DNA from: Candidatus Spongiisociaceae bacterium
GTDB taxonomy: Bacteria > Actinomycetota > Acidimicrobiia > Spongiisociales > Spongiisociaceae
Assembly: GCA_965219685.1 (NCBI GenBank)
Contig: CBDCOH010000002.1
Span: forward strand, 4,096,001-4,160,000
Reading direction: 5' to 3'
Length of the DNA: 64,000 nucleotides
Within the stretch, counting starts at the first letter, position 1, and every line of letters starts with the position of its first letter. The notes under the pieces were generated by a model. The model had not been told where the DNA came from and did not search any database. It saw nothing but the letters and a program-made list of their open reading frames with translations. Shown here piece after piece: positions 29,473 to 38,604 of the stretch. Made by a program: the position numbers and the translations under genes.

Positions 29473-30744
29473 ATGGCCAGAAGGCTCACACCCAAGGGCT
29501 ATCTTCCACGGCTGGTCGACGCCCGAGTCCAGGCGGTGCTCGAAACCTCGGCAGCGCTGGTGATCGACGGTCCGAAGAGCTGCGGCAAGACATGGACAGG
29601 ACTACGTCACTCCCGCAGCGCCGTGATGTTCGATCGTGACCTCGATGCTCGCCTGTCCGCGTCCGTCAACCCGATCCGCCTACTCGAGGAGCCGTACCCC
29701 CGGCTACTGGACGAGTGGCAAACGGCTCCAGAGGTATGGAACGCGGTCCGAGGTGCCTGCGATGACGGGACAGGCCCAGGTCGCTTCATTCTCACAGGGT
29801 CGGCGGTCCCAGCGGAGGACACGACAAGACACTCCGGCGCCGGTCGCATACGACGGGTCCGGATGCGACCCATGTCGCTGCTGGAATCGGGTGAGTCGAG
29901 CGGCGAGGTCTCGGTCGGGCGGCTTCTCGACGGTGCCCGATGCGATGCGGCCAGGGCCCATCCGGACTTCCGTGGGGTTGTCGAGTCAGTATGTCGTGGC
30001 GGATGGCCCCGGCTCCTTCCGATCACCCCGAGCCAGGCCCAGGAGGAACTCCGGGCCTACCTGGACGAGATCTGCCGTACTGACATCTCCGCGGTCGACG
30101 CCACGCCTCGCGATCCGGTCGGTGTAAGCCGGCTGCTCTCGTCGCTGGCCCGGAATGTGGCCACAGAGGCATCGGTTTCCAAGCTCGCGGCCGACACGGG
30201 CGGGGACCGTCCGATCAACCGCACTACCGCGAAGGCCTACCTGCAGGCTCTTGAGAGGTTGTTCGTGGTGGAAGACCTCCCACGGTGGCCCATCCACCTT
30301 CGCTCCCGCAAGCCGCTCCGGGGTGCACCCAAGCGCCATCTGGTCGATCCCTCACTTGCAGCCGCCATGCTGAGGGCCACACCGGACCGATTGGCCGCTG
30401 AACTCAGCTACTTCGGGTTCCTCTTCGAATCACTGGTCGTACGCGACCTGCGCATCTATTGCCATGGCGCCGACTCGGTCGTGTGGCACTACCGGGACGC
30501 CGACAACATAGAAGCCGATGCCATCGTTGAGGCGGGTGACGGCCGCTGGATCGCCGTGGAGATCAAACTAGGCGGTGCCCAGCTCATCGATGCCGGCGCG
30601 GCTTCCCTCTTGAGGCTCCGCGCCAAGGCCGTGGCAGATGGTCTCCGACCACCGGCCAAGCTGCTCGTCGTTACGGCGACGGGTTACGGTTACGAACGCG
30701 CCGACGGTGTGGCGGTTGCGCCCGTAACCACCCTGGGTCCATGA
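29473..30744 (+). CDS. AAA ATPase with DUF4143 / PD-(D/E)xK-like C-terminus
   Basis: GPKSCGKT, LLDEWQ, FILTGS, EADAIVE..EIK. Confidence 0.9.
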   Translation: MARRLTPKGYLPRLVDARVQAVLETSAALVIDGPKSCGKTWTGLRHSRSAVMFDRDLDARLSASVNPIRLLEEPYPRLLDEWQTAPEVWNAVRGACDDGTGPGRFILTGSAVPAEDTTRHSGAGRIRRVRMRPMSLLESGESSGEVSVGRLLDGARCDAARAHPDFRGVVESVCRGGWPRLLPITPSQAQEELRAYLDEICRTDISAVDATPRDPVGVSRLLSSLARNVATEASVSKLAADTGGDRPINRTTAKAYLQALERLFVVEDLPRWPIHLRSRKPLRGAPKRHLVDPSLAAAMLRATPDRLAAELSYFGFLFESLVVRDLRIYCHGADSVVWHYRDADNIEADAIVEAGDGRWIAVEIKLGGAQLIDAGAASLLRLRAKAVADGLRPPAKLLVVTATGYGYERADGVAVAPVTTLGP

Positions 30745-30792
30745 CCTCCGGTCGGGATCAAGACGGCCATCGGGCAGGTGAGAAGAGCGGTC

Positions 30793-31752
30793 CTACACAG
30801 GTTCGTATATCTCCACGCATTCACGCTCGGGGCCGAGGAAGGTTGCCAGTTTGACGGGGCCCGTGCCGGGGACATCGGTTTCGACCGGGCCGGCGACGGT
30901 AGTGCCGCCCAGTCGGGTAATCATCCGGGTTGCCTGATCCAGGTCGGGAGTCGCCATCGATGCGGACAGGATCCCTCGGGCGGGAGGGACGGCCCGATCT
31001 GTAATGGAATCGGGCTCCGGAAGGGGCACGACACCGGTGTCGAGGAACTGGAACAACTCCACCCGGCCGGGCATTATGGCCACGTCGCGCACCAGGTTGG
31101 CGTCGTGGAGGGTTATTCCCTCAGGTATCTGGAGCATCCCCTCGAGGCCGGCGATGGTCCGCTCCCACAGGACCTCGAATCCGAGACCTTCGTAGAACAG
31201 CCGGGTCCGTGCCAGGTCGTGAACACACATGGCGATGGTCTGGAGGGCGCTGATCGGGCCCACGAGCTCTCCGCCGCGCAGTTCCGCCCCTCGCTCGTAG
31301 CTGTAGATGTCGAGATGGACGCCGTCGGGGTCGGTGCCGATCGAGTCCCACACCTCTACCTCGTCGGTGATCGACCAGTTCATCGCCTCCCCGGTGCCGG
31401 TGACGCCTGCGTCCATCATCCTGGGGAGCAGTTCCCTGATGTCGGGCACCCGGTAGTTGAGCGCCCAGAATCCGTTCCCGGAGAGTTGGTCGGCCTTGGT
31501 CCGGATCAGGCCTCCGGGTGCATCGAACTCCACCAGCCGCAACATCCCGGTGCGTTCCGAGCCGGCGGCCAGCAGGGCCATCTCCCCTCCCATGCCTGGA
31601 GGGATGCGCCACGGTGCCGAGAGTTCCGCCGATAGCCGGCCCCGGCCCACGACTTCCAGTCCCAGAACACCTGAATACAGGTGAAGAGCGTCTTCGAGGG
31701 ACGCGACCGACAGAGTCGCGATTCGAACTTCGGAAACGAGCATGGTACCCAC
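30793..31752 (-). CDS. Two-domain VOC protein
   Basis: LYSGVLGL, GMLRLVEF, DLARTRLFYEGLGF. Confidence 0.82.
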   Translation of the reverse strand: MGTMLVSEVRIATLSVASLEDALHLYSGVLGLEVVGRGRLSAELSAPWRIPPGMGGEMALLAAGSERTGMLRLVEFDAPGGLIRTKADQLSGNGFWALNYRVPDIRELLPRMMDAGVTGTGEAMNWSITDEVEVWDSIGTDPDGVHLDIYSYERGAELRGGELVGPISALQTIAMCVHDLARTRLFYEGLGFEVLWERTIAGLEGMLQIPEGITLHDANLVRDVAIMPGRVELFQFLDTGVVPLPEPDSITDRAVPPARGILSASMATPDLDQATRMITRLGGTTVAGPVETDVPGTGPVKLATFLGPERECVEIYEPV

Positions 31753-31821
31753 TCCAGACCGTCGATTCCGGGAATCCTAAGGGATCGACCTCCGCTCGGT
31801 GGTGGCTACCCTGCCAACACC

Positions 31822-32751
31822 ATGCCCGAATCCGCACACGTCGAAGATCTGTTGGTGGCCACCGCAACCGTCCCCATGGGCGAACTCGAGTCGACCACCG
31901 CCATCTACACGTCCGAATTCGACTGGGTGCCGCACTGGTCGGGAGAGGCGGGCATGCTCGGCGAGGCTTGGGGAATCGGCTCGGATCGCCGGATCGCCTA
32001 CCTCGCCCCCGAAGCCGAGACCCGAGGGTGGCTGCGGCTCGTAGAGGGTCCTAACCCCTCGCCCGCACCGCTGTCCACATGGGGTTGGAACGCCATCGAG
32101 ATCTGTGTCGCCGACGTGGACGGGATGATGGAGCAGGTTTCTGCCTCACCCCATTTCAGGGTGAACGGCCTTCCGGTCGACCTGGCCATTTCCGATGACC
32201 CACCGGGGCAGCGGGCCATGCAGGCTGTCGGACCCCACGGGCTCCAGACCTTCCTCACCCAGGTTCTCTACCAGATTCCCGGTATGGAGTTGCTCGTGCC
32301 GCCGACCGGGGCGAAGGTAGGCGGCATATTCATCGCCGTCCTCGCCGCCCGGTCGTACGACCAGGCCATGGCGTTCTACACCGATGGTCTGGGTCTGGAG
32401 ACCAAGCTGGAGTTCGAGTACAGGCCGACTGCCGCTAGGGAACACGACTGGCCGGAAGGCGACAAGATCCGCATCGCCGCCCTCAAGACGAGGGGGGTGA
32501 CGCTGATCGAACTCGGAGGCTACGGGGACCACGCCGGGCCGCGGTCCACGCTTCAAGGAGAGTTACCTCCGGCGATAGGGATGGCTTCGTTCATCACCGA
32601 GGATGTCGAGGGATCGGCGGCTCGGGCTGTGAGCGCCGGAGCATGCGTGGTCGCCGATGCGATGGCCGTGGCTCACCCTCCTTACGAGGGCCGGACGAGC
32701 ATCCTTGTCAAGGCCCCGGGCGGAGAACTGGTCGAGCTGATCGGGTCATGA
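31822..32751 (+). CDS. Two-domain VOC protein
   Basis: GWLRLVE, GWNAIEICVADVD, GELPPAIGMASF, PPYEG; closest to the 10316 gene. Confidence 0.82.
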   Translation: MPESAHVEDLLVATATVPMGELESTTAIYTSEFDWVPHWSGEAGMLGEAWGIGSDRRIAYLAPEAETRGWLRLVEGPNPSPAPLSTWGWNAIEICVADVDGMMEQVSASPHFRVNGLPVDLAISDDPPGQRAMQAVGPHGLQTFLTQVLYQIPGMELLVPPTGAKVGGIFIAVLAARSYDQAMAFYTDGLGLETKLEFEYRPTAAREHDWPEGDKIRIAALKTRGVTLIELGGYGDHAGPRSTLQGELPPAIGMASFITEDVEGSAARAVSAGACVVADAMAVAHPPYEGRTSILVKAPGGELVELIGS

Positions 32752-32823
32752 TCCGGCGTACCGGCGCCGCCGCTCCACCCAAACAGTGATTTATGAAGAT
32801 AGTAAATAATATGCACTGACGGT

Positions 32824-32865
32824 AACTACCAATTACCAACTATAAACTATAGACGACCGACTAGA
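32824..32865. repeat. Degenerate heptamer array AACTACC-like x6
   Basis: aactacc aattacc aactata aactata gacgacc gactaga. Confidence 0.7.
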
Positions 32866-32878
32866 AATAAAGAACCAT

Positions 32879-34879
32879 CTACAGCCCGAGCGTCCACCAG
32901 CGCCTTCTCGGGCGGAGCCGACGGCCGATGAACCTCTCCAGGCTGGCTCTGTGCAGCACCGTCCGGTCGCCGCCGCTGGAGGCCTCGTCGATGAGGGTTG
33001 AGGGGAGGTCGTCCCAACTGAAGCCACGCCTGCCGAAGGCGTCCCGCTGTTCCCACACGACGACGTTGTCGCCCTCGATGGTCCAGCCGTTGGGCGTTTC
33101 ACCCTCCCTCCGGGCGTAGGCCGGCTCGCGGAGCAGTGATAGAACTCGCGACCTGACCCGGTCATAACGCTTGTCGGCGTAGCCCAGCCACTCCACCTCC
33201 CGGCACCAGGGCGGGGCGACACCATCGGAGGCCTCGGCCAGGATCCCGCTGAGGGTGCGCGAGGATACGGCCAGCCAGTCCTCGGGGAGCGGGTCGTCCT
33301 CAAGCCGATCCATGACCTCGGCCAGGTAGCGGCGGTAGAGGTGACCCGTCATCTCCCCGCGAATCGTCCTGACGCGGCTCTGCAGGCGCTGCCGCAGTTG
33401 TTCGTCGTGGGCCGGGAGCGCGGTCGTCGTGTAGACGGTCAGGCTTCTCTTCACGATCTCGTCGGGGAACGAATGGGGCTCTGCGTTCATCGACAGTACG
33501 AAGCCCGGGTACTCGGTCACCTGCGGCGGGTACTCGTCCTTGATCAGGTCCTTGCCGTGGGTGTTGAAGGCCCGCCGCCCTATGTCGTCGAATACCACCG
33601 GGTGCCGCTTGTAGGCGTACTGCAGGCCCCGAAGCCTGGCGGTGGTGAAGCTCCTCTTCTCGACGGTGTGGGGGCGACCGAACATCGACGCCATGAGGGT
33701 GTCCACCAGGCTGGTCTTGCCGCAGTTGGACTTGCCGAAGATGATCGCGAACGACGGGTACCTCACCACGTCGCTGTCGCGCAGGTGAGCGAGGGAGCGG
33801 AGATCGCAGATGAGGGGTGAGAAGTAGAGCCAGGCCATGAAGGTGAAGTAGTCCCGCTGGAGCATCGGCACATCTCCCTCGAAGGCGCCCTCGTAGTTTC
33901 CGAAGAACCGGAGCACCAGCCCGGAGTCGTTCTCGACCGAGGCGCTGTCCCAGTCCAGGGAGAACTTCTCATCGGACAGCACAGCCGTGCGGTTCACCCG
34001 GTCGATCGACAGGAAACGGTTGCTGGCCTCGTCGGTAGACTTGACGAGACGGATACGGCTCAACTCGCGCTTGATCTTGGGCGTGACCCGCTGCCTTCCA
34101 CCGCGCAACGGGGGTAATGCAGCGGACAGGCGAGGTCTCAGCACGCTCGCGACCTTCTCGATCCGCTCCACCTGTGCCGGCGCGGAGACTTCCGCGTCGG
34201 CGGATGCGAGCGGCTCGATGACCACGGTTGTGGAGTCGTCCGAGAGGACCGGCGCTTGGGGTACCTCGATCTCGGTGCGGACGATCCGCCGCTCGGGCAG
34301 CGGGATCTCGTCGGAACCCGAGTCGCGGATCGTGTCGAACATGCGGCCGTAGTGACGCCATGCCTGCTCGTCGTCATCGAACACCACCAGCGTCTCGGGC
34401 TGCTGTCCCCCGAATGCCCGCTCGGAGAGGTTGGCGGACCCGACGATCACACGGGTGCGGTCGCGACCGGCCAGCAGGAACAACTTGGCGTGGGCGACCG
34501 AGTTGCGCAGCACGCGGAAGGCTGCCTGCCCGGCTGTGACCTTCGCCAGGATACGATGGTGCCGGTCGTCCTTCAGCCCCATGATCGCGGCGCGCGTCCC
34601 TTCGGCTGCGACCTTCTGGAAGGCGAGCACATCGACCATGTTCCCGAGCGTCGCCTCGGACCCGAATACGCACTCGAACCGCTCGAAGGAGAAGTCGTCC
34701 AACATCCTGACGATCGCTCCGGCACTGGCCGAGTAGGTAAGCACTCTCAGGCTGTCGAAGCCCTCGAACAGGGCCCAGTCGAACTTCTGCTCCTCGAGGT
34801 ACCTGGCTCTGACAACCCGGAGCCCGGTGCCGTCATCCAACCCCAGGGTCAACGTCGATGCTTGTTCCGGCTTCGGCAC
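32879..34879 (-). CDS. PLD-family nuclease domain fused to P-loop NTPase
   Basis: HAKLFLL..GSANLS..E; GKSNCGKTS; VVFDD. Confidence 0.8.
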   Translation of the reverse strand: MPKPEQASTLTLGLDDGTGLRVVRARYLEEQKFDWALFEGFDSLRVLTYSASAGAIVRMLDDFSFERFECVFGSEATLGNMVDVLAFQKVAAEGTRAAIMGLKDDRHHRILAKVTAGQAAFRVLRNSVAHAKLFLLAGRDRTRVIVGSANLSERAFGGQQPETLVVFDDDEQAWRHYGRMFDTIRDSGSDEIPLPERRIVRTEIEVPQAPVLSDDSTTVVIEPLASADAEVSAPAQVERIEKVASVLRPRLSAALPPLRGGRQRVTPKIKRELSRIRLVKSTDEASNRFLSIDRVNRTAVLSDEKFSLDWDSASVENDSGLVLRFFGNYEGAFEGDVPMLQRDYFTFMAWLYFSPLICDLRSLAHLRDSDVVRYPSFAIIFGKSNCGKTSLVDTLMASMFGRPHTVEKRSFTTARLRGLQYAYKRHPVVFDDIGRRAFNTHGKDLIKDEYPPQVTEYPGFVLSMNAEPHSFPDEIVKRSLTVYTTTALPAHDEQLRQRLQSRVRTIRGEMTGHLYRRYLAEVMDRLEDDPLPEDWLAVSSRTLSGILAEASDGVAPPWCREVEWLGYADKRYDRVRSRVLSLLREPAYARREGETPNGWTIEGDNVVVWEQRDAFGRRGFSWDDLPSTLIDEASSGGDRTVLHRASLERFIGRRLRPRRRWWTLGL

Positions 34880-35007
34880 CAGCCAGGAGTCCTTTCCGCT
34901 CGGCGCCCCGGACGATATCAGCGGCGGATGGCACCCCGGCTCCTGATGTCGAGGTTCGGATCCCCGGTCCGCGGTCGAGACTCACACGCCAAACGGCCTC
35001 GGCCGGG

Positions 35008-36240
35008 TCAGGGCGCGGTGGCCTGGGCCGCTGCCACCTCCTCGGGTGTGAGGCCCAGCAAACCATGGAGGATCTCCTGGTTGTGCTGGCCCAACTCCGG
35101 TCCCAGCCACCGGATCTCCCCGGGGGTCTCCGAGAGCTTGGGCGCAACGTTCTGGATCCGGAAGTCTCCGAACTCCGGATGGAGGAGCGTGACGATCGCC
35201 TCGCGGGCTGCGAAGTGAGGATCCCGGAGCATCTCGGGCGCCCGGTAGATGCGGCCCGCCGGTACGCCTCCCTCGTCGAGGAGGTCCACCAGGGGCTGCG
35301 CCTCGATGGTGCTGGTCCACGCAGCGATCTTCTCGTCGAGTTCGGCCTGGTTGGCGCCGCGGGCGGCGTGGTTGTCGAAACGAGGGTCGGCGGCGAGATC
35401 CCTCCTGCCCATCAGCCCGGCGAGTCGGGCGAAGACCGTGTCCTGGTTGGCCGCGATCAGAACCATCGCTCCGTCGCTGGTCGGATACACGTTCGAGGGC
35501 GCCACGTTGGGGAGGATGGGCCCGCTCCGCTCGCGTATGTAGCCGCCGATGTCGAACTCGGGGATCAGCGACTCCATGTATGTGAGGACCGCCTCGTAGA
35601 TGGCCGTGTCCACCACCTGGCCCCGGCCTGAGCGCCGGCGGTGGTGGAGAGCCACCATCCCGCCGAGGGCGCTCAGCGATCCGGCGAGGGCGTCCCCGAT
35701 GCTGATACCCACCCGGCTGGGCGGGGTTTCCGGATCGCCGGTGATGTAGCGGAGGCCGCCCATGGCCTCACCGATGGCTCCGTAGCCGGCCTTCTGGGAG
35801 TCGGGCCCGGTCTGGCCGAATCCGGTGACGCGGATCAGGACGATCCCGGGATTCACCTCGGCCAGCCGGTCGTAGCCGAGGTTCCACCTCTCCAGGGTTC
35901 CCGGCCGGAAGTTCTCCACCACTACATCACTGCGCGCGATGAGGTCGCGGGCCACCTGCTGCCCGGCTCCGGTCCTCAGGTTCAGCGTCACGGACTTCTT
36001 GTTCCGGGCGATCACCGGGAACCAGAGGGATCGGCCGTAGGGCCTTTCCCGGCCCCACAGGCGCATGGGGTCACCCCGCGTGGGCTCCTCGATCTTGATG
36101 ACTTCGGCGCCGAAGTCCCCGAGCAACTGAGCGCAGAAAGGCCCGGCCAGCAATTGGCCCATCTCGATCACCCGGATGTCGTTGAGAGGCAGCTGCGTCA
36201 GGTGAACCTCCTCGGGGCTGGTTCCGGGGAGTGTAAGCAC
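35008..36240 (-). CDS. Family III CoA-transferase
   Basis: PLNDIRVIE, GDFGAEVIKIE, ENFRPG; start uncertain. Confidence 0.93.
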   Translation of the reverse strand: MLTLPGTSPEEVHLTQLPLNDIRVIEMGQLLAGPFCAQLLGDFGAEVIKIEEPTRGDPMRLWGRERPYGRSLWFPVIARNKKSVTLNLRTGAGQQVARDLIARSDVVVENFRPGTLERWNLGYDRLAEVNPGIVLIRVTGFGQTGPDSQKAGYGAIGEAMGGLRYITGDPETPPSRVGISIGDALAGSLSALGGMVALHHRRRSGRGQVVDTAIYEAVLTYMESLIPEFDIGGYIRERSGPILPNVAPSNVYPTSDGAMVLIAANQDTVFARLAGLMGRRDLAADPRFDNHAARGANQAELDEKIAAWTSTIEAQPLVDLLDEGGVPAGRIYRAPEMLRDPHFAAREAIVTLLHPEFGDFRIQNVAPKLSETPGEIRWLGPELGQHNQEILHGLLGLTPEEVAAAQATAP

Positions 36241-36284
36241 CGGACTTCCGGTTATGGTGACCGAAGAAGCCCCGGGGAGCGAGG

Positions 36285-37202
36285 GTGGTCACAGCCAGCG
36301 TCGAGATCGTCGAAGTAGGCCCGCGTGACGGCCTGCAGAACGAGGATGTGCTGGTCGCCACCGACACGAAGGTGGAACTGATCGAGCGGCTCGTGGCCGC
36401 CGGACTCAGGCGGATCGAGGCGGTGAGCTTCGTCCATCCCCGCCTGGTGCCGCAGATGGCCGACGCCGAGGCGGTCATGGCGGCCCTTCCCGATACGGAC
36501 GGGGTCTCCTACATTGGGCTGGCCCTCAACGAACGGGGTGTGAACCGTGCGCTGGACGCCGGGGTCGACGAGGTCAACTTCGTGGTTGTGGCCACCGACG
36601 CCTTCAGCATGCGGAACCAGGGGTCCACCACCGCCGAGTCCATAGAGACCTGGGAGCGGGTGATGTCCCTGGGCTACAGCGCCGGCAGACGGTTCGGCGT
36701 GACGGTGGGCGCCGCATTCGGATGCCCGTTCGAGGGGGAGGTTCCCGTCGACCGGGTCGTGGAGGTCGCGGCCCGGGTGGTGGACGCAGGCGCCGCCGAG
36801 GTAACGCTGGCCGACACGATCGGGGTCGCCTCGCCTGGTGATGTAGCCGTGCGATTCGGAGCCGTGCGGGAGGCGGTCGGGCCCATTCCGCTCCGTTGCC
36901 ACTTCCACAACACCCGCAACACGGGGCTCGCCAACGCCTTCGCGGCCACATCGGCGGGGGTGAGGAGCTTCGACGCCTCGATCGGAGGCCTCGGAGGCTG
37001 CCCGTTCGCTCCCGACGCCACCGGCAACATACCCACCGAGGACCTCGTGTACATGCTGCAGCGAATGGACCGTGCCGCCGGACTGTCTCTCCCCACGCTC
37101 ATCCGTACCGCGCAGTGGTTGGAGCGCAGCATCGGAACGCGGCTCCCGGGCATGCTGATGCGAGCCGGGACGTTCCCGGCGGTGGCCGGGAGGGCCTCTT
37201 GA
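36285..37202 (+). CDS. HMG-CoA lyase family protein
   Basis: EVGPRDGLQNE, HFHNTR, GLGGCPFAP..GN. Confidence 0.93.
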   Translation: MVTASVEIVEVGPRDGLQNEDVLVATDTKVELIERLVAAGLRRIEAVSFVHPRLVPQMADAEAVMAALPDTDGVSYIGLALNERGVNRALDAGVDEVNFVVVATDAFSMRNQGSTTAESIETWERVMSLGYSAGRRFGVTVGAAFGCPFEGEVPVDRVVEVAARVVDAGAAEVTLADTIGVASPGDVAVRFGAVREAVGPIPLRCHFHNTRNTGLANAFAATSAGVRSFDASIGGLGGCPFAPDATGNIPTEDLVYMLQRMDRAAGLSLPTLIRTAQWLERSIGTRLPGMLMRAGTFPAVAGRAS

Positions 37203-38092
37203 AGCCGGCCGATTTCGACTACCTCGCGCCCGGCAACCTCGATGCCGCGCTGGAGATTGTGGCGTCCAGCCCCTCGGATACACGGATTCTGGCCGGCGGC
37301 CAGAGCCTCCTCCCGCTGATGAAGGCCCGCTTGGTCAGACCCTCGGCGGTGGTCGACCTCGGTCGGATACAGGGCCTCGATCACATCGAGTTGCACAACG
37401 GCGCCCTGCGGCTCGGCGCCATGACCAGCCAGTCCAGGGCCCTCGGATCCGAGACCGTGAGAACTCGCGTACCCCTCCTGGCGAGGGCTTTGCGTCTTGT
37501 GGGCAGTCCGGCTATCCGCAGCCGCGGCACCGTAGGGGGCAGCGCCGCACACGCGGATCCGGCCGCAGAGATCCCTGCGGTGCTGATCGCCCTGGACGCG
37601 ACCCTCGTGGCCGCCGGTCCCGCCCGGACCAGGGAGATACCGGCCGCGAGCTTCTACAGGTACGCCTACGAGACCTCCCTCGCGGACGGCGAGCTGGTCA
37701 CCCGCCTGGACATCCCGTTAGGGAAACACGATGGGGACACCGGCGTGTCGTTCCACGAGGTCGCCATACCCAGCCACAACTTCGCCCTGGCCGGCGCAGC
37801 GGTCAGAGTGACCGTCGACGGTGGAGCGATGAGGGATGTACGCATCGGTCTCTGCGGGCTCGGGCCGACACCCCTGCGCGCTCGCGAGGCGGAGGCTCTG
37901 GCCGAGGGATCCACACCTACTCGCGGAGTCATCGATCGCATCGCCCGCGCTGCGACCTCGGTGATCGATCCGGTGGACGATGTCCTCGCCTCGGCCTCCT
38001 ACCGCCGGGACCTGGCCCCGGTCGTGGTCAGGCGCGCTCTGGTCGAAGCCCTGGCCGATACCGGGAGCCTCCGGGAGGGAGTGCTGCGATGA
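37199..38092 (+). CDS. Molybdenum hydroxylase FAD subunit (CoxM-like)
   Basis: LAGGQSLLP, RGTVGGSAAHADPAAE. Confidence 0.93.
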   Translation: MKPADFDYLAPGNLDAALEIVASSPSDTRILAGGQSLLPLMKARLVRPSAVVDLGRIQGLDHIELHNGALRLGAMTSQSRALGSETVRTRVPLLARALRLVGSPAIRSRGTVGGSAAHADPAAEIPAVLIALDATLVAAGPARTREIPAASFYRYAYETSLADGELVTRLDIPLGKHDGDTGVSFHEVAIPSHNFALAGAAVRVTVDGGAMRDVRIGLCGLGPTPLRAREAEALAEGSTPTRGVIDRIARAATSVIDPVDDVLASASYRRDLAPVVVRRALVEALADTGSLREGVLR

Positions 38093-38604
38093 GCCGGGTC
38101 CACGAGGTCTCGATCATGGTCAACGGCGTCCGGGAGACAGCCGTCGTGTCCTCGAGGGCCACGCTGGCCGACCACATCCGTCACGGGCTCGGTCTCACGG
38201 GTACCCACGTCGGCTGCGACGAGGGCGTATGCGGGGCCTGCACGGTGCTGCTCGACGGGGAGCCGGTCCGGTCCTGTCTCGTCCTGGCGGTCCAAGCCAC
38301 CGGCCGCCGGGTGGAAACGGTCGAGGGTCTGGCGCCCGGCCGCGCCTCCCTCCATCCCCTGCAGGAGGCGTTCCGCACCGCGCACGGACTCCAGTGCGGG
38401 TTCTGCACGCCGGGCATGCTGATGAGCGCCACCGCGCTCCTGGAACGCCACCCGGATCCGGACGAGGACCTGATCCGCGAGGCGATGGCGGGCAACCTGT
38501 GCCGGTGCACCGGCTACCAGCAGATTATCGACGCGATCCGCCTCGGCGCCGAACTTCTGGCCCGACCGGATCGTGATCGGGGAGGGGAGAAGGGGAAGAC
38601 ATGA
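38089..38604 (+). CDS. Molybdenum hydroxylase 2Fe-2S subunit (CoxS-like)
   Basis: GCDEGVCGACTV, QCGFCTPG, NLCRCTGY. Confidence 0.95.
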   Translation: MSRVHEVSIMVNGVRETAVVSSRATLADHIRHGLGLTGTHVGCDEGVCGACTVLLDGEPVRSCLVLAVQATGRRVETVEGLAPGRASLHPLQEAFRTAHGLQCGFCTPGMLMSATALLERHPDPDEDLIREAMAGNLCRCTGYQQIIDAIRLGAELLARPDRDRGGEKGKT

